Shown: positions 20,588-30,695, counted from the first letter of the stretch. The stretch: DNA of 64,000 bases from Nitrospirota bacterium (GCA_049325335.1 JBMOMC010000001.1:596193-660192); one strand, 5' to 3'. Numbers and translations: made by a program. Notes: generated from the letters alone by a model not told the origin.

Positions 20588-22924
20588 TCAGGCGGCCTTG
20601 GCCGCGCCTCGCGCCACCGGCAGCACCACAGTGAACTCCGCGCCCTGTCCCGGCTCGCTCCGCACGTCGATCCGGCCGCCCACGTCGTGAATGATTTGGT
20701 AGCTCACGGACAGCCCCAACCCGGTCCCTTTCCCCACCGGCTTGGTGGTGAAAAACGGCTCAAACAGCCGGGCGCGGTGCGCCGGCGAAATCCCGGGGCC
20801 CGAATCCCGCACCGTCACGGTGACCGCGTGCTCGAGATCGCGGGATTCGATCCAAATATCGCCGGAAGGGCCGACCGCCTGCACCGCGTTTTGCACAAGA
20901 TTCATCCACACCTGGTTGAGTTTACCAGGCACTGCGCGCACCAGCCGAGTCGATTGCAAATCGGGATGAAACGCCAACCCGGGTCCCACCATGGGACGAA
21001 CCAAGTTCAGGGTTGATTCCAGGCTCTCCTGCACGGAACATTCGATGTTCTGATTCTGATCCTTACGGACAAAGGTTTTGAGTTGCGCGACGATGTTCTC
21101 GGTGCGCGCTACTCCGTTTTGCGCGATTCCCAACGACGCCTCCACGTCTTCCACGGATTCAGCCGGGGTCCGGTCGGGGGGGAAGAGGGGTTTGAGCTCG
21201 CTCCACGCGCGCTGCAACACGGTCAGACTGTTTTTCGCGAAGTTGATCGGGTTGTTGATCTCATGCGCCATGCCCGCCACCAAGAGTCCCAACCCCGCCA
21301 TTTTTTCGGATTGCACCAACTGCGCCTGCGTCTCGGTGAGTTCCGCCAGCGTCGCCTCCAACACGTCGTGGCGGTGCTGAAGTTCGCGCTCCAAACGGCG
21401 GAGCTCCAACAAAGATTTGATTTTGGCGCGCAGCTCTTGGGCGTTAAACGGCTTGGTGAGGTACTCGTCGGCCCCGTGCTCGAGGCCTTCGATTTTCATC
21501 GCCATGTCCGCGCGCGCGGTCAACAGGATGATGGGGATGTGCCGGGTGCGCGGATCGCGGCGAACCTCGCGGCAGAGCTGATATCCGTCCATTTCCCGCA
21601 TCATGACGTCGGAGATGATCAGATCGGGCAGGCGCTCCACCGCGGCGCGCACGCCTTCTCGACCCGTGGACGCCTGGAGCACGCGGTACTCGCTCTGCAG
21701 TTCAAACGCGATGAACCCCCGCATGTCCGGGTGGTCTTCCACGATCAACACTTGCCGGCCGGTGGCCGGAGCGCCGTGGGGTTCCGATGCCACCGTCGGC
21801 GCCGCGTACACCCCGGTGACATGTCGCTCCGCGGCCTCGTGCAGTTGGCGCGTCCAGTCGTCCGCCGGAGCATCGCTCTCCACGGCCTCACGGGTCGGTG
21901 CGCCCGCGGTCTCTTGTTTCGGCGCATCGAGGAGCAATGGAATCGTCACGGTAAACGTCGATCCCCGCCCCCGCTCGCTGTCCACCGCGATCCGCCCCCC
22001 GTGCAACTCGACCATTTCCTTCACCAAGGCCAGGCCGATCCCCGTGCCCTCGTAGCGGCGGCTGGTGGTGGCGTCAACCTGGGAGAATCGCTGGAAGAGT
22101 TTCGGCAAGTCCTCCTGCGAAATACCGATGCCCGTATCGAGAACAACTACCTGAAGGTGTCCCTCTCCCGACCGGCCCCAGCGCAAGGTGACGCGACCAC
22201 CCGCGTCACTGAACTTCAGCGCGTTGAACAGGAGGTTCAAGACGATTTTTTCCAGCCGATCCGGATCAAAATACACGCGATCCGGCAAACACGACTCTTC
22301 CACCCCGATCAGCCCGATCCGCTTTTTCTCTGCCATCGGCGCAACCGACGCCACCAGTCCTCGGAAGAACACCCCGAGGTTGCCGGGACGGAAGCGTAGC
22401 GTCATCCGGCCCGCATCCAGTGTGGTCAAGTCGAGCAAATCATTGACTTGTTTCAGGAGACGCAACCCGTTCTGGTGCATCACCGACACGTACCGCCTGA
22501 CGTTGTCGGACAATGGTTCGGTTTCCGCCTTGAGCAACGACTCCAGCGGGGCGAGGATCAAGGTCAGCGGCGTGCGCAGTTCGTGGCTGACCATGGCAAA
22601 AAACCGGGTCTTGGCGTCATCCAGTTCTTTGAGTTGGTTGTACGCGCCCTCGAGGTCCCGGGTGCGCCGGAACATGGCGTCATCGCGTTCGGCGTTGCGC
22701 GGCTCCGGTTGCGCAACACGCTGATCCCACGCGGGCAGGACCCGCCGGGTGTACGCCACCAGCCCCACGCACAACAGCGCGACCGCCCCGGCCGCGAGCA
22801 GCCGGTTGCCTTCCACGAATGGGTACACCACCCAAAACACCGCACCCGCCGCCACGACCGCGATCGCGGACCATGGCGCGCTGCTGCGTGGCCCGGGTGT
22901 GGTTGTTTCCGCGACCGTGGACAT
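20588..22924 (-). CDS. membrane hybrid kinase TM-HisKA-HATPase-REC-HisKA-HATPase
   Basis: Two TMs, SHELRTPL...GTGIGL, REC (VEDH, SDVMM), second kinase AHEINNP...GTGLGL; start uncertain. Confidence 0.9.
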   Translation of the reverse strand: MSTVAETTTPGPRSSAPWSAIAVVAAGAVFWVVYPFVEGNRLLAAGAVALLCVGLVAYTRRVLPAWDQRVAQPEPRNAERDDAMFRRTRDLEGAYNQLKELDDAKTRFFAMVSHELRTPLTLILAPLESLLKAETEPLSDNVRRYVSVMHQNGLRLLKQVNDLLDLTTLDAGRMTLRFRPGNLGVFFRGLVASVAPMAEKKRIGLIGVEESCLPDRVYFDPDRLEKIVLNLLFNALKFSDAGGRVTLRWGRSGEGHLQVVVLDTGIGISQEDLPKLFQRFSQVDATTSRRYEGTGIGLALVKEMVELHGGRIAVDSERGRGSTFTVTIPLLLDAPKQETAGAPTREAVESDAPADDWTRQLHEAAERHVTGVYAAPTVASEPHGAPATGRQVLIVEDHPDMRGFIAFELQSEYRVLQASTGREGVRAAVERLPDLIISDVMMREMDGYQLCREVRRDPRTRHIPIILLTARADMAMKIEGLEHGADEYLTKPFNAQELRAKIKSLLELRRLERELQHRHDVLEATLAELTETQAQLVQSEKMAGLGLLVAGMAHEINNPINFAKNSLTVLQRAWSELKPLFPPDRTPAESVEDVEASLGIAQNGVARTENIVAQLKTFVRKDQNQNIECSVQESLESTLNLVRPMVGPGLAFHPDLQSTRLVRAVPGKLNQVWMNLVQNAVQAVGPSGDIWIESRDLEHAVTVTVRDSGPGISPAHRARLFEPFFTTKPVGKGTGLGLSVSYQIIHDVGGRIDVRSEPGQGAEFTVVLPVARGAAKAA

Positions 22925-22959
22925 CGGCACAATGGGAAGTGTAGCAGAGCACCGTGCGT

Positions 22960-24234
22960 TCATCGCGTCGGCCACCGCCACCCCGCGCTCACGCCCGCCA
23001 CATGCGCCTGCGATCGGTAGCGGCCGTTGGCGGCTCCGCTCGCGGCTCCCACTGCGTTGTTTTTGATCCGCTCGAACCACAGGAATTGGTACCCGGCATC
23101 CAAGGTCCAGCGACCCGAGCCGATTCCGATCCCGAGCGAAGCGCCGCGGCGGTCCGCGTCCGGAATCAACGGGTTGAGATACTGGTCGGGAATCGGGGAA
23201 CGATCGTACAAGAGTCCGCCTCGTAGCCGCACGGTCGGCGAGACCTCGTATTCGGCACCCAGGCTGTACGTCATGGCGTCGCGCCACCGAAACGTGGTGA
23301 TGTCGTCCGCCAGCCCGTTCGTGAAGCGGATCTCCAACCGGTCAACCGTGGACCAGCCGGTCCACGTCGCGTCACCCTCCACCGTCCAGTGGGGCGTCAC
23401 CCGGACCAGGACCCCGGTGCGCAACGACGGCGGAAGTGTGACCGCGGTTCGCAGCGTGGCGTCGGCAAACATCGCGGCGGCGGGCGCCGGCACCGTAAAG
23501 TCCGCCCACCCGTCCCTGACCTCGGCGTTCATCCGACTCCGGAAACTGAGGCCGACCTGCCAGCTCGGGGACGGCGCGACCAGCATCCCGGCCGTAAATC
23601 CGACGGCACGGCCCTCGCCCGATAAAGACGCCACGCCTTCCGGCAAGGCAACGGACGAGAGGTCGATCGCTCGGCGGAGCGACAGCTCCACCACGGAGTA
23701 CTGGAGCCCGCCGGCCACGGCCACCCGCGCGCTCGGCCGCCACGCCAGCGCCGGGTTGATGGTCGCGGTGCGGATCGTGGCGTCGATCACTTGGAACCGG
23801 CCGTCCCAATCCGCGAGCCATTTGGTGGACAACCCGAACGGGGAAAACAGGCCGAGCCCGGCGACGAGCCGCGGCCCGATGGGCGCGGTCAGGTACAGGT
23901 GCGGGAGGACGTAGTACCGCTCACGTTCGGTCGCGGCGGCGCCGGCCCCGCTGGGCTCGTAGTCGGCATGGGGACGCAGCACGGCGGCGCCGATCAACCC
24001 CGCGGCTTGGTCCAGTTGGATGATGCCCGCCGGGTTGTAGTACAGGGCGGACGGATCGTCCGCCTGCGCGGTCACCGCTGAACTGCGCGCAATCCCCGCG
24101 CCGCCCTGCGCGGTCACGGCAAACCCCGCGGCCCAGGCCGGCGACCAGGCGCCGAAGACCGTCGTCAGGATGAGGAGGAGCGTGACGGGGGTGGTCGGAA
24201 TCACCACCCGTGTCGCGACGTTCCGAAGTCTCAT
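22960..24234 (-). CDS. OmpP1/FadL family outer-membrane channel
   Basis: Signal peptide then AGF, ADDPSALYYNPAG (hatch NPA motif), SPFGLST.W, IPDADR, aromatic C-terminus. Confidence 0.9.
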   Translation of the reverse strand: MRLRNVATRVVIPTTPVTLLLILTTVFGAWSPAWAAGFAVTAQGGAGIARSSAVTAQADDPSALYYNPAGIIQLDQAAGLIGAAVLRPHADYEPSGAGAAATERERYYVLPHLYLTAPIGPRLVAGLGLFSPFGLSTKWLADWDGRFQVIDATIRTATINPALAWRPSARVAVAGGLQYSVVELSLRRAIDLSSVALPEGVASLSGEGRAVGFTAGMLVAPSPSWQVGLSFRSRMNAEVRDGWADFTVPAPAAAMFADATLRTAVTLPPSLRTGVLVRVTPHWTVEGDATWTGWSTVDRLEIRFTNGLADDITTFRWRDAMTYSLGAEYEVSPTVRLRGGLLYDRSPIPDQYLNPLIPDADRRGASLGIGIGSGRWTLDAGYQFLWFERIKNNAVGAASGAANGRYRSQAHVAGVSAGWRWPTR

Positions 24235-24381
24235 GTCCGTCTCCCGTGACCGGGTGCGGGCCTACCGACCTTCGTGAGGCGAGCGCGCATTATACCGAGC
24301 GCGACTCCGCCTCGCAAATCGGCTCTCTTCCCGCCCCGGCTTGTGTCGCGGCGCGGATCGCCGTAAGATCACCTCGTGACC

Positions 24382-27111
24382 ATGTCGCTTGCCACGCTGA
24401 CGATCACCGATATCTCGGCCTTGGCCGCGCCCGCCGTGTTTTCCCGGGGCCGGGAGTACCACCAACATGGCGCGGTCTTGGAGCTGACCGTGACCGACAC
24501 CGGCACGTTGTGGGCACGGGTGCAGGGGACCGAAGCCAGACCGTATCTGGTCACGGTGGCGCCGGTTGGGCCCAGCGGGCTGCACTGGGAGTGCACGTGT
24601 CCCTATTTTCACGATCGAGACGGCGACGCGTGTAAACACGTGGTGGCGGTGCTCATCGGATGGTTGTCCCGTCGGGACCGCGCCCTTGCGCGCGGCCCGG
24701 TCCGGATCGCGCGCCCGACGCGGCGACCCTCTCCGTGGACCCCGACCTGGACGCCGTCGCCGTATTCAGTCCCGCTCGCCCCGCCGTCCGAGCCGTCCCT
24801 GCTCGACAGCACGACGTGGACCGACCTTCGGCTCGATGTGACGGAGACCGGTGACGGCCCGCCCCAGGTGCTCCTACGGTTCAAACCGCGCGGATCCGAT
24901 GACGACGCGGTCATGACGCTCCCCGCGAACGCAACCCCGGACGCGTTGGCCGCCCTTCGCGGCCGGGCAACCTACTCGCCGAGCGCCCTGGGGATCCGGA
25001 TGTTGCGAACGCCGTTGCTCGCGGAGTTACAGGCCTCCTACGACGCGGACGGCCGCCTGCTGCTCGGCCCCGCGTTCCGTCACCCGTCACGCGCGGGCCG
25101 CAACCCGGGGCCGGATCCCGTCATCGTCACCCCCTCGTGGATCTGGTCGGACGGGACGTTTTTTCGAACCGAGACGGTTCCCGACGCGTTTCGTCCCTAT
25201 TTTGCCCACGCAAACCCCACGGTCTTGGAAGGCGACGCGATCCACCGGTTCCTGGAACAGGATGTGCCGCGGTTGTCGCAGTATCCTCGGTACCGTCCGT
25301 CTCCCGAGGTCGCCAGCAGCCGCCTGCTGCCGCCCCCGGTGCTGACCGCGGTCTCCACCCAGGGCGAAAACCGCGACTGGTTGTGGCTGGATCCCTCCTA
25401 CACAACGGGCGCCCACACGTTGACGCTGAACGAGTTGCTGCGGGCCGCGCAGACCAGCCGCCCGGTCCGACGAGGAAACGATTGGATCACGCCGCCCCAG
25501 GCCTTGGCGCAGACGTGGGAAGCGCTCGGCGGCCGCGTGGAATCCGGCCGCGTGCTGGTGCCGAGGCTGGGCTACCTGCGGCAGCGAGCGGATTGGACAG
25601 GCATCGACGTGCGGCGCGATACGGCGGTTCAACGGTTTGAAGCGGACCTTGATCGCCTCACGCCGCCGGGTCCCGCGCCGGATCCGGTGGATTACAAGGG
25701 CTCGCTGCGCCCGTATCAACACACCGGGTACAACTGGCTCTGGTTTCTGCACACCACCGGATTACACGGCATGCTGGCCGACGAGATGGGGCTGGGCAAG
25801 ACCCACATGACCATGGCCGTGTTACTCGCGGCCGTGCGCGAGGAATCGAGTCGCCCCTCCTTGATCGTGTGCCCGACCTCCGTGATCGACCACTGGGAAG
25901 ACACGCTGCGCGAGTACGCGCCCACATTACAGCCCATGCGGTATCACGGGACGACGAGAGGACCGCTGGAGCACGGGCGTCTCCCGCCCGTGGTGCTGAC
26001 CAGTTTTTCGTTGCTGGCGCGCGAGCCCGAGATATTTCGCGCGATCGCGTGGAACTACCTGGTGTTGGACGAAGCGCAGAAAATCAAAAACCCCGCGACC
26101 CAATCGGCCAAGGCCGCCAAGTCGTTGTCCGCGCGTCACCGCTTGGCGCTGACCGGAACGCCCATTGAGAACCGGCCGGCCGAACTCTGGTCGATCTTCG
26201 ACTTTCTCCTGCCCGGTTATCTGGGCTCGGCCAAATCGTTCCGCCGGGAGTTTGAATCGCCCATTATCAAGCACGGTGATCGCGGCCGAGAGGCCGTGCT
26301 CAAACGCGTGATCCATCCGTTCAAACTCCGCCGACTCAAAGCCGACGTGCTCAAGGAGTTGCCCCCCAAGGTCGAGGATCGTCGCCACTGTCGCCTCTCG
26401 CCGGCCCAAGCCGCGATCTACCGCGAGGTCGTGGCGCGCGACGGACAACGGCTCGCGGACGACATCCGCCACGGGTCAGGGCCGATTCCCTATATCCACG
26501 TCTTTGCCGTGCTCTCGCGGCTCAAACAACTCTGCGACCACCCCGCGTTGGTGATCAAAGGCCCCAAAGGGCGGGGAATGGCCTCCGGCAAGTTCGAGTT
26601 GTTCACCGAACTCATGGAAGAGGCGCTGGACGGGGACGAGAAGGTCGTGGTCTTCACGCAATATTTGGGCATGATCGACCTGATCGGGGCATGGCTCAAT
26701 AAACACGGCGTGGACTGGGTGGAGCTCCGCGGCGCCACGCGCGATCGCCGCGCCGTGGTCAAGCGCTTTCAGACCGACCCCACGTGCCGCGTCTTCGTCT
26801 CGAGCCTGTTGGCCGGGGGCCTGGGCATCAATCTGACCGCGGCCTCGGTCGTGATCCACTACGACCGCTGGTGGAACGCGGCGCGCGAAAACCAGGCCAC
26901 CGACCGCGTGCACCGCATCGGCCAATCCCGGGGCGTCCAAGTGTTCAAGTTGATCACGCGCGGAACCCTGGAGGACAAGATCGACAAGATGATCCGCGAG
27001 AAGGCCTCGCTCCTGGACTCCATCGTGGAGGAAGACGCGGCCACTCTCAAAGCGTTGACGCGGGAGGAATTGGTCGAGCTGTTGACCAGCGTGCCGACGG
27101 AGAGCGAGTAA
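24382..27111 (+). CDS. SWIM zinc-finger SNF2-family helicase
   Basis: CTCP...CKH SWIM motif; LRPYQ, LADEMGLGKT, DEAQ, LTGTPIEN, QATDRVHRIGQ. Confidence 0.94.
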   Translation: MSLATLTITDISALAAPAVFSRGREYHQHGAVLELTVTDTGTLWARVQGTEARPYLVTVAPVGPSGLHWECTCPYFHDRDGDACKHVVAVLIGWLSRRDRALARGPVRIARPTRRPSPWTPTWTPSPYSVPLAPPSEPSLLDSTTWTDLRLDVTETGDGPPQVLLRFKPRGSDDDAVMTLPANATPDALAALRGRATYSPSALGIRMLRTPLLAELQASYDADGRLLLGPAFRHPSRAGRNPGPDPVIVTPSWIWSDGTFFRTETVPDAFRPYFAHANPTVLEGDAIHRFLEQDVPRLSQYPRYRPSPEVASSRLLPPPVLTAVSTQGENRDWLWLDPSYTTGAHTLTLNELLRAAQTSRPVRRGNDWITPPQALAQTWEALGGRVESGRVLVPRLGYLRQRADWTGIDVRRDTAVQRFEADLDRLTPPGPAPDPVDYKGSLRPYQHTGYNWLWFLHTTGLHGMLADEMGLGKTHMTMAVLLAAVREESSRPSLIVCPTSVIDHWEDTLREYAPTLQPMRYHGTTRGPLEHGRLPPVVLTSFSLLAREPEIFRAIAWNYLVLDEAQKIKNPATQSAKAAKSLSARHRLALTGTPIENRPAELWSIFDFLLPGYLGSAKSFRREFESPIIKHGDRGREAVLKRVIHPFKLRRLKADVLKELPPKVEDRRHCRLSPAQAAIYREVVARDGQRLADDIRHGSGPIPYIHVFAVLSRLKQLCDHPALVIKGPKGRGMASGKFELFTELMEEALDGDEKVVVFTQYLGMIDLIGAWLNKHGVDWVELRGATRDRRAVVKRFQTDPTCRVFVSSLLAGGLGINLTAASVVIHYDRWWNAARENQATDRVHRIGQSRGVQVFKLITRGTLEDKIDKMIREKASLLDSIVEEDAATLKALTREELVELLTSVPTESE

Positions 27112-27198
27112 GCTTCTGACGGACGGCCGAAGCGCATGACCCACCAACGGATGTAGCGCCAGAAGGAGTCACCGCTTGCATTCCGCGGAGTGACCATG

Positions 27199-27214
27199 GT
27201 AACGCATACGTTAC
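27199..27214. promoter_or_regulatory. palindromic operator candidate
   Basis: GTAACG-cata-CGTTAC immediately upstream of the antidote-like gene. Confidence 0.55.
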
Positions 27215-27228
27215 TTAGGGGGGAACTT

Positions 27229-27555
27229 ATGCCGGTCACACGAGCATTCCGAGTCACCATCATGGAGCGGGCTGGGCACGACGCGCGGTTTCGCCAGCAC
27301 CTGTTGATCGAGACGATCAATCAATTACTGAGCGGCGACCTCGCCGCGGGCAAGGCCATGCTGCGTGATTACATCAACGCGACGATTTCCTTCGATCAAT
27401 TGGCCAGCACGCTCAAGAAGTCCAGCAAGAGCCTGCACCGGATGCTCGGCCCACAGGGCAATCCGACTGCGGAAAACCTGTTCGCCATCATCAAAGTGCT
27501 CCAGGCGCATGAACGCGTGCAGCTCCACGTGAAGTCGCAACGATCCGCCGCGTGA
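27229..27555 (+). CDS. addiction-module antidote-like HTH regulator (no cognate toxin adjacent)
   Basis: GKAMLRDYINATISF..LA....KSLHRMLGPQGNPTAENLF, typical of HI1420-like antitoxins. Confidence 0.8.
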   Translation: MPVTRAFRVTIMERAGHDARFRQHLLIETINQLLSGDLAAGKAMLRDYINATISFDQLASTLKKSSKSLHRMLGPQGNPTAENLFAIIKVLQAHERVQLHVKSQRSAA

Positions 27556-27607
27556 ACGGACCGACCCATCACTGAGTCGTCCCTTCGCCTCCTTCTTGAT
27601 CATTGAG

Positions 27608-27633
27608 CCCGCAACGGGCTAAGCTGGGCCTCC
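27608..27633 (+). repeat. 26-bp direct repeat, copy 1 (includes a -10-like TAAGCT)
   Basis: CCCGCAACGGGCTAAGCTGGGCCTCC, identical to 28464-28489. Confidence 0.9.
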
Positions 27634-27723
27634 GCAAACCGGACCGCCAGAGATCAACCCGTCAGGGGATATCCGTCCGAACGGCTAGGATACTGATCAT
27701 TCGAAACGTGGAGGACCTTGGCG

Positions 27724-28287
27724 ATGGCGTATAAGAAAACGGTCGTCCCGGTGGAACGCATCGAGTCGAGAATTCTGGTCATTCGAGGCCAGAAGGTCAT
27801 GCTCAGCACGCATCTCGCCGAGCTCTACGAGGTCGAGCCGCGTGCCCTGCTGCAGGCGGTGAAGCGAAACAGCGAACGTTTCCCAGCCGACTTTCTCTTC
27901 CAATTGAGCGCGACAGAGTTCGCGAACTTGAAATCACAAATTGTGACTTCAAGTTGGGGCGGCATCCGCCGTGCCACGCCCTATGCGTTTACCGAGCAGG
28001 GCGTGGCCATGCTCTCCAGCGTGCTGCGCAGCCGCCGCGCGGTACTCGTCAACGTCGAAATCATGCGCACGTTCGTGCGCTTGCGGCAAATCTTGGCATC
28101 GAACGCGGAGCTGGCCCAGCAGCTCGCAGCGCTGGAGCAGAAATACGACGCCCAATTTCGAGTCGTCTTCGACGCCATCCGCGAACTCATGGCCCCGCCC
28201 ACGACCAAGCGCCGGCGAATCGGCTTCGAGGTCCGCGAGCGACGCCCGCGCTACGGCCGGCATGCGGCAGGGGAGCGAGCCGTGTGA
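27724..28287 (+). CDS. ORF6N domain DNA-binding protein
   Basis: IRGQKVML...LAELY.V...[33 protein letters not shown]. Confidence 0.92.
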   Translation: MAYKKTVVPVERIESRILVIRGQKVMLSTHLAELYEVEPRALLQAVKRNSERFPADFLFQLSATEFANLKSQIVTSSWGGIRRATPYAFTEQGVAMLSSVLRSRRAVLVNVEIMRTFVRLRQILASNAELAQQLAALEQKYDAQFRVVFDAIRELMAPPTTKRRRIGFEVRERRPRYGRHAAGERAV

Positions 28288-28316
28288 CGCGATCCGCGGT
28301 TTCCTTTCGTCCGCCC

Positions 28317-28410
28317 TTTCTCCCGTTTCCCGATTCTCCGGCTCGTGTTCACACGCCCACTCTCCGGTTCCCAGTTTCGCCATTTCGCCCATTCACCCCT
28401 TCTCCCCCTC
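28317..28410 (+). repeat. pyrimidine-rich tandem ~8-nt degenerate repeats
   Basis: TTTCTCCC-GTTTCCCG-ATTCTCCG ... TTTCGCCA-TTTCGCCC-ATTCACCC-CTTCTCCC. Confidence 0.55.
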
Positions 28411-28463
28411 GTCCTTGCCACAGCCCTCACCCTCTCGGCCCTTGCCCCTTCTTGACCCCCTAC

Positions 28464-28489
28464 CCCGCAACGGGCTAAGCTGGGCCTCC
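28464..28489 (+). repeat. 26-bp direct repeat, copy 2
   Basis: Identical to 27608-27633. Confidence 0.9.
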
Positions 28490-28697
28490 ACCTTAAGCAA
28501 ATGTACGAGGAGCCTTGCGCGCTGTTTTGTAAGTTCGCTCGGCGACATCTTTTTGCGGGCTTGATTCAGCAAGCGGTGAGGCCCGTCTGCGGTGGGGGAG
28601 GGATGTTGTATTGCAAGACCCTTAACGCTTTCGCTTAACCGAATCTGTGCTTCAGCGAATGTTTTCTCCAAAATAGTCGGGGCGGAGAAAAGGCATT

Positions 28698-29572
28698 ATG
28701 ATCGCACCATCTCATGCGGAAAGCAGTACCGAACCAGTAATGGATTCGGCTGACGAGTCCAGTGGCATATCGCGATTCCTTGTCCGGAAGCCTTGGGTTG
28801 TCGTCATAGCTGTTCTGGTTCTTTGGGGGATCTTCGGATGGGTTCCGTACTTCCGGGGAGTGAGAGGCGAATTCGGTGATGTCTTTGGTGCTGTGAACGC
28901 TCTGTTTTCGGGTCTTGCATTCGCGATGATCATTCTCACGATCTTATTGCAGAAGCAGGAGCTCACTCTCCAGAGGCAAGAACTCACACTGACACATGAG
29001 GAATTGAAGGGGCAGAAAGAGCAGCTCGCAATACAAAACGTCACGCTAGCCCGACAGATGACGGAGAACACCTTCTTTGCGTTATTGCGACTCCATCATG
29101 AGACTGTCAATCTGCTCCGGTTAGGCCCTCCCTTTGCGTCTAAAGGAGCAATCGGGGTGGAGTGTTTTGAATCTTTCGGCGCGAGCTTTTCGGGGCAATT
29201 CCTCATTCGCCAAATTCACCGAAAGGGGAACGCTACCAAACGATCAAATCAGGATGGAGAAGCTTTCACGGAGGGTATCAGCAATACATCGGCCACTATC
29301 TTGAAAACCTGTACGAAATTCTCCGGTTTGTCGACTCGCGCCTCGAGAATGAACAGAGATTCTTCGCGAACCTCCTCCGTGCACAGCTATCGTCCAATGA
29401 GATCATCCTGCTCTTTTATATGACCGTCACTGATAGGGACGACGGCGGAAGATTTTACCCGTTGATCAAGAAGTTTCGAATTCTTGAACATAACATCCCA
29501 ATGGGTCGTCTAGCGTCGCCACAGGATGTCGAGATTCACTCCGACCTTCTGCAAGCCTCCGCGGAGTCGTGA
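28698..29572 (+). pseudogene. putative phage abortive infection (putAbiC-like) membrane protein, frameshifted
   Basis: N-half GEFGDVFGAVNALFSGLAF...ENTFF.LL; C-half GHYLENLYEILRFVD...ANLLRAQLSSNEIILLFY lies in the -1 frame, open from about 29171 to TGA 29570-29572. Confidence 0.8.
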
Positions 29573-29624
29573 CGCACCACCAGGTTCGGATTCCCGTTGG
29601 CGTATCGTTGTCCTCAGGGTCTTC

Positions 29625-30029
29625 ATGAACTACAGGGGATCAAGCCAGCAGCTCTTGCGAAATGCGAACGCAGCGATGCTTGCTGCAATCGAGATCTATA
29701 ACAAGCCCCGCTTCGATTACCGAGAGGAGTGCTGCGTCATTCTGCTCCTGAACGCCTGGGAACTGGCCTTGAAGTCGCTCATTTCGAAGAGTGGTAAATC
29801 GCTCTTTTATCCTAAGCGTCGGAAAGAGCCGTATCGAACATTGTCTTGGCGGGACGCGTTTGGGCAGGCAGAGTCATTTCTCCCAAAAGAGCTGCCTCCA
29901 CTGCCTTTGAGGCGGAATCTTGACCTGCTCAGCATTTACCGGGACCATAAGGAACATGCTGAGGGTCAGGTTGTAATAACACATTACAGACCGCTTCGCT
30001 CTCAACCACTGTTTGCTTACAGGGCCTGA
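29625..30029 (+). pseudogene. truncated DUF3644-like (predicted HEPN-type) protein
   Basis: AAIEIYNKP...YREE...ILLLNAWEL.LK; similarity appears to stop at LSIYRD, where the ORF runs into an inverted-repeat element. Confidence 0.65.
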
Positions 30030-30035
30030 CCCTCA
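29960..30035. mobile_element. 76-bp miniature element with 11-bp terminal inverted repeats
   Basis: TGAGGGTCAGG (29960-29970) and CCTGACCCTCA (30025-30035). Confidence 0.5.
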
Positions 30036-30074
30036 CTTTCTTGGCCGTGCGCGCGGGCTCGTGGCACTATGCGG

Positions 30075-30491
30075 CTAGCGCTTGGCCCTGAGCGCCTTTG
30101 CCGCCTTGTTGACGTGGGGCTGTTTCACCCACAGGATGGCCCCAAACCGGCCTTTGCCCGCGGCAACGGCATCGATGGCGGTGACGTTGATCTTGGCCTG
30201 AGCGAGCGTGGACAACACCGCCAGAACCGCTCCGAGCTTGTCATCGCCCACGACCAAGAATCCCGTTTTCCGGGCGCTCAATGGGATCCCGGCGCGTTTG
30301 GCCGCTGCCTTGAGCGCCGCGCTGTTCTCCGGGATGAAATCGATCTGAGCCTGACGGCCGCGGGGAAACCCGGTGAACGCCAACAAATTGACCCTGGCGT
30401 CCTTCAGGGCGCTCAGGAGACGGACCGCGGTTCCCGGGCGGTTCGGTGCATCCATGGAAAAGTAGTCGACCTTCCGAACGGTGTGTGCCAT
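30075..30491 (-). CDS. tandem ACT-domain protein
   Basis: Two repeats: PNRPG...L..ARVNL and DDKLG...LAQAKINV. Confidence 0.75.
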   Translation of the reverse strand: MAHTVRKVDYFSMDAPNRPGTAVRLLSALKDARVNLLAFTGFPRGRQAQIDFIPENSAALKAAAKRAGIPLSARKTGFLVVGDDKLGAVLAVLSTLAQAKINVTAIDAVAAGKGRFGAILWVKQPHVNKAAKALRAKR

Positions 30492-30695
30492 GAGGTCCCT
30501 CCGTGGAAAAAGGGTGGACAATCCCCGCCGTTGGTATCACAGCGCGCAGGAGAACTCAAGGCCGACCGCGATGACCCATGCGTCACGAAGGAAACGGATG
30601 AGGGGTCGAACTGACCGTCGCCGTTCACCGCCAGCGCTCTGGGCAAAGCCGGATTGAACCAGGCATAATGTCAGTCACGTTTTGACGGAGCGCGT

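Noticed and set aside
27608..28489. 26-bp direct repeats as a CRISPR array
   Set aside because: Only two copies, 856 bp apart, and no cas genes.
28393..28671. 92-aa minus-strand ORF
   Set aside because: Runs through the repeat and promoter sequence; no RBS or recognisable domain.
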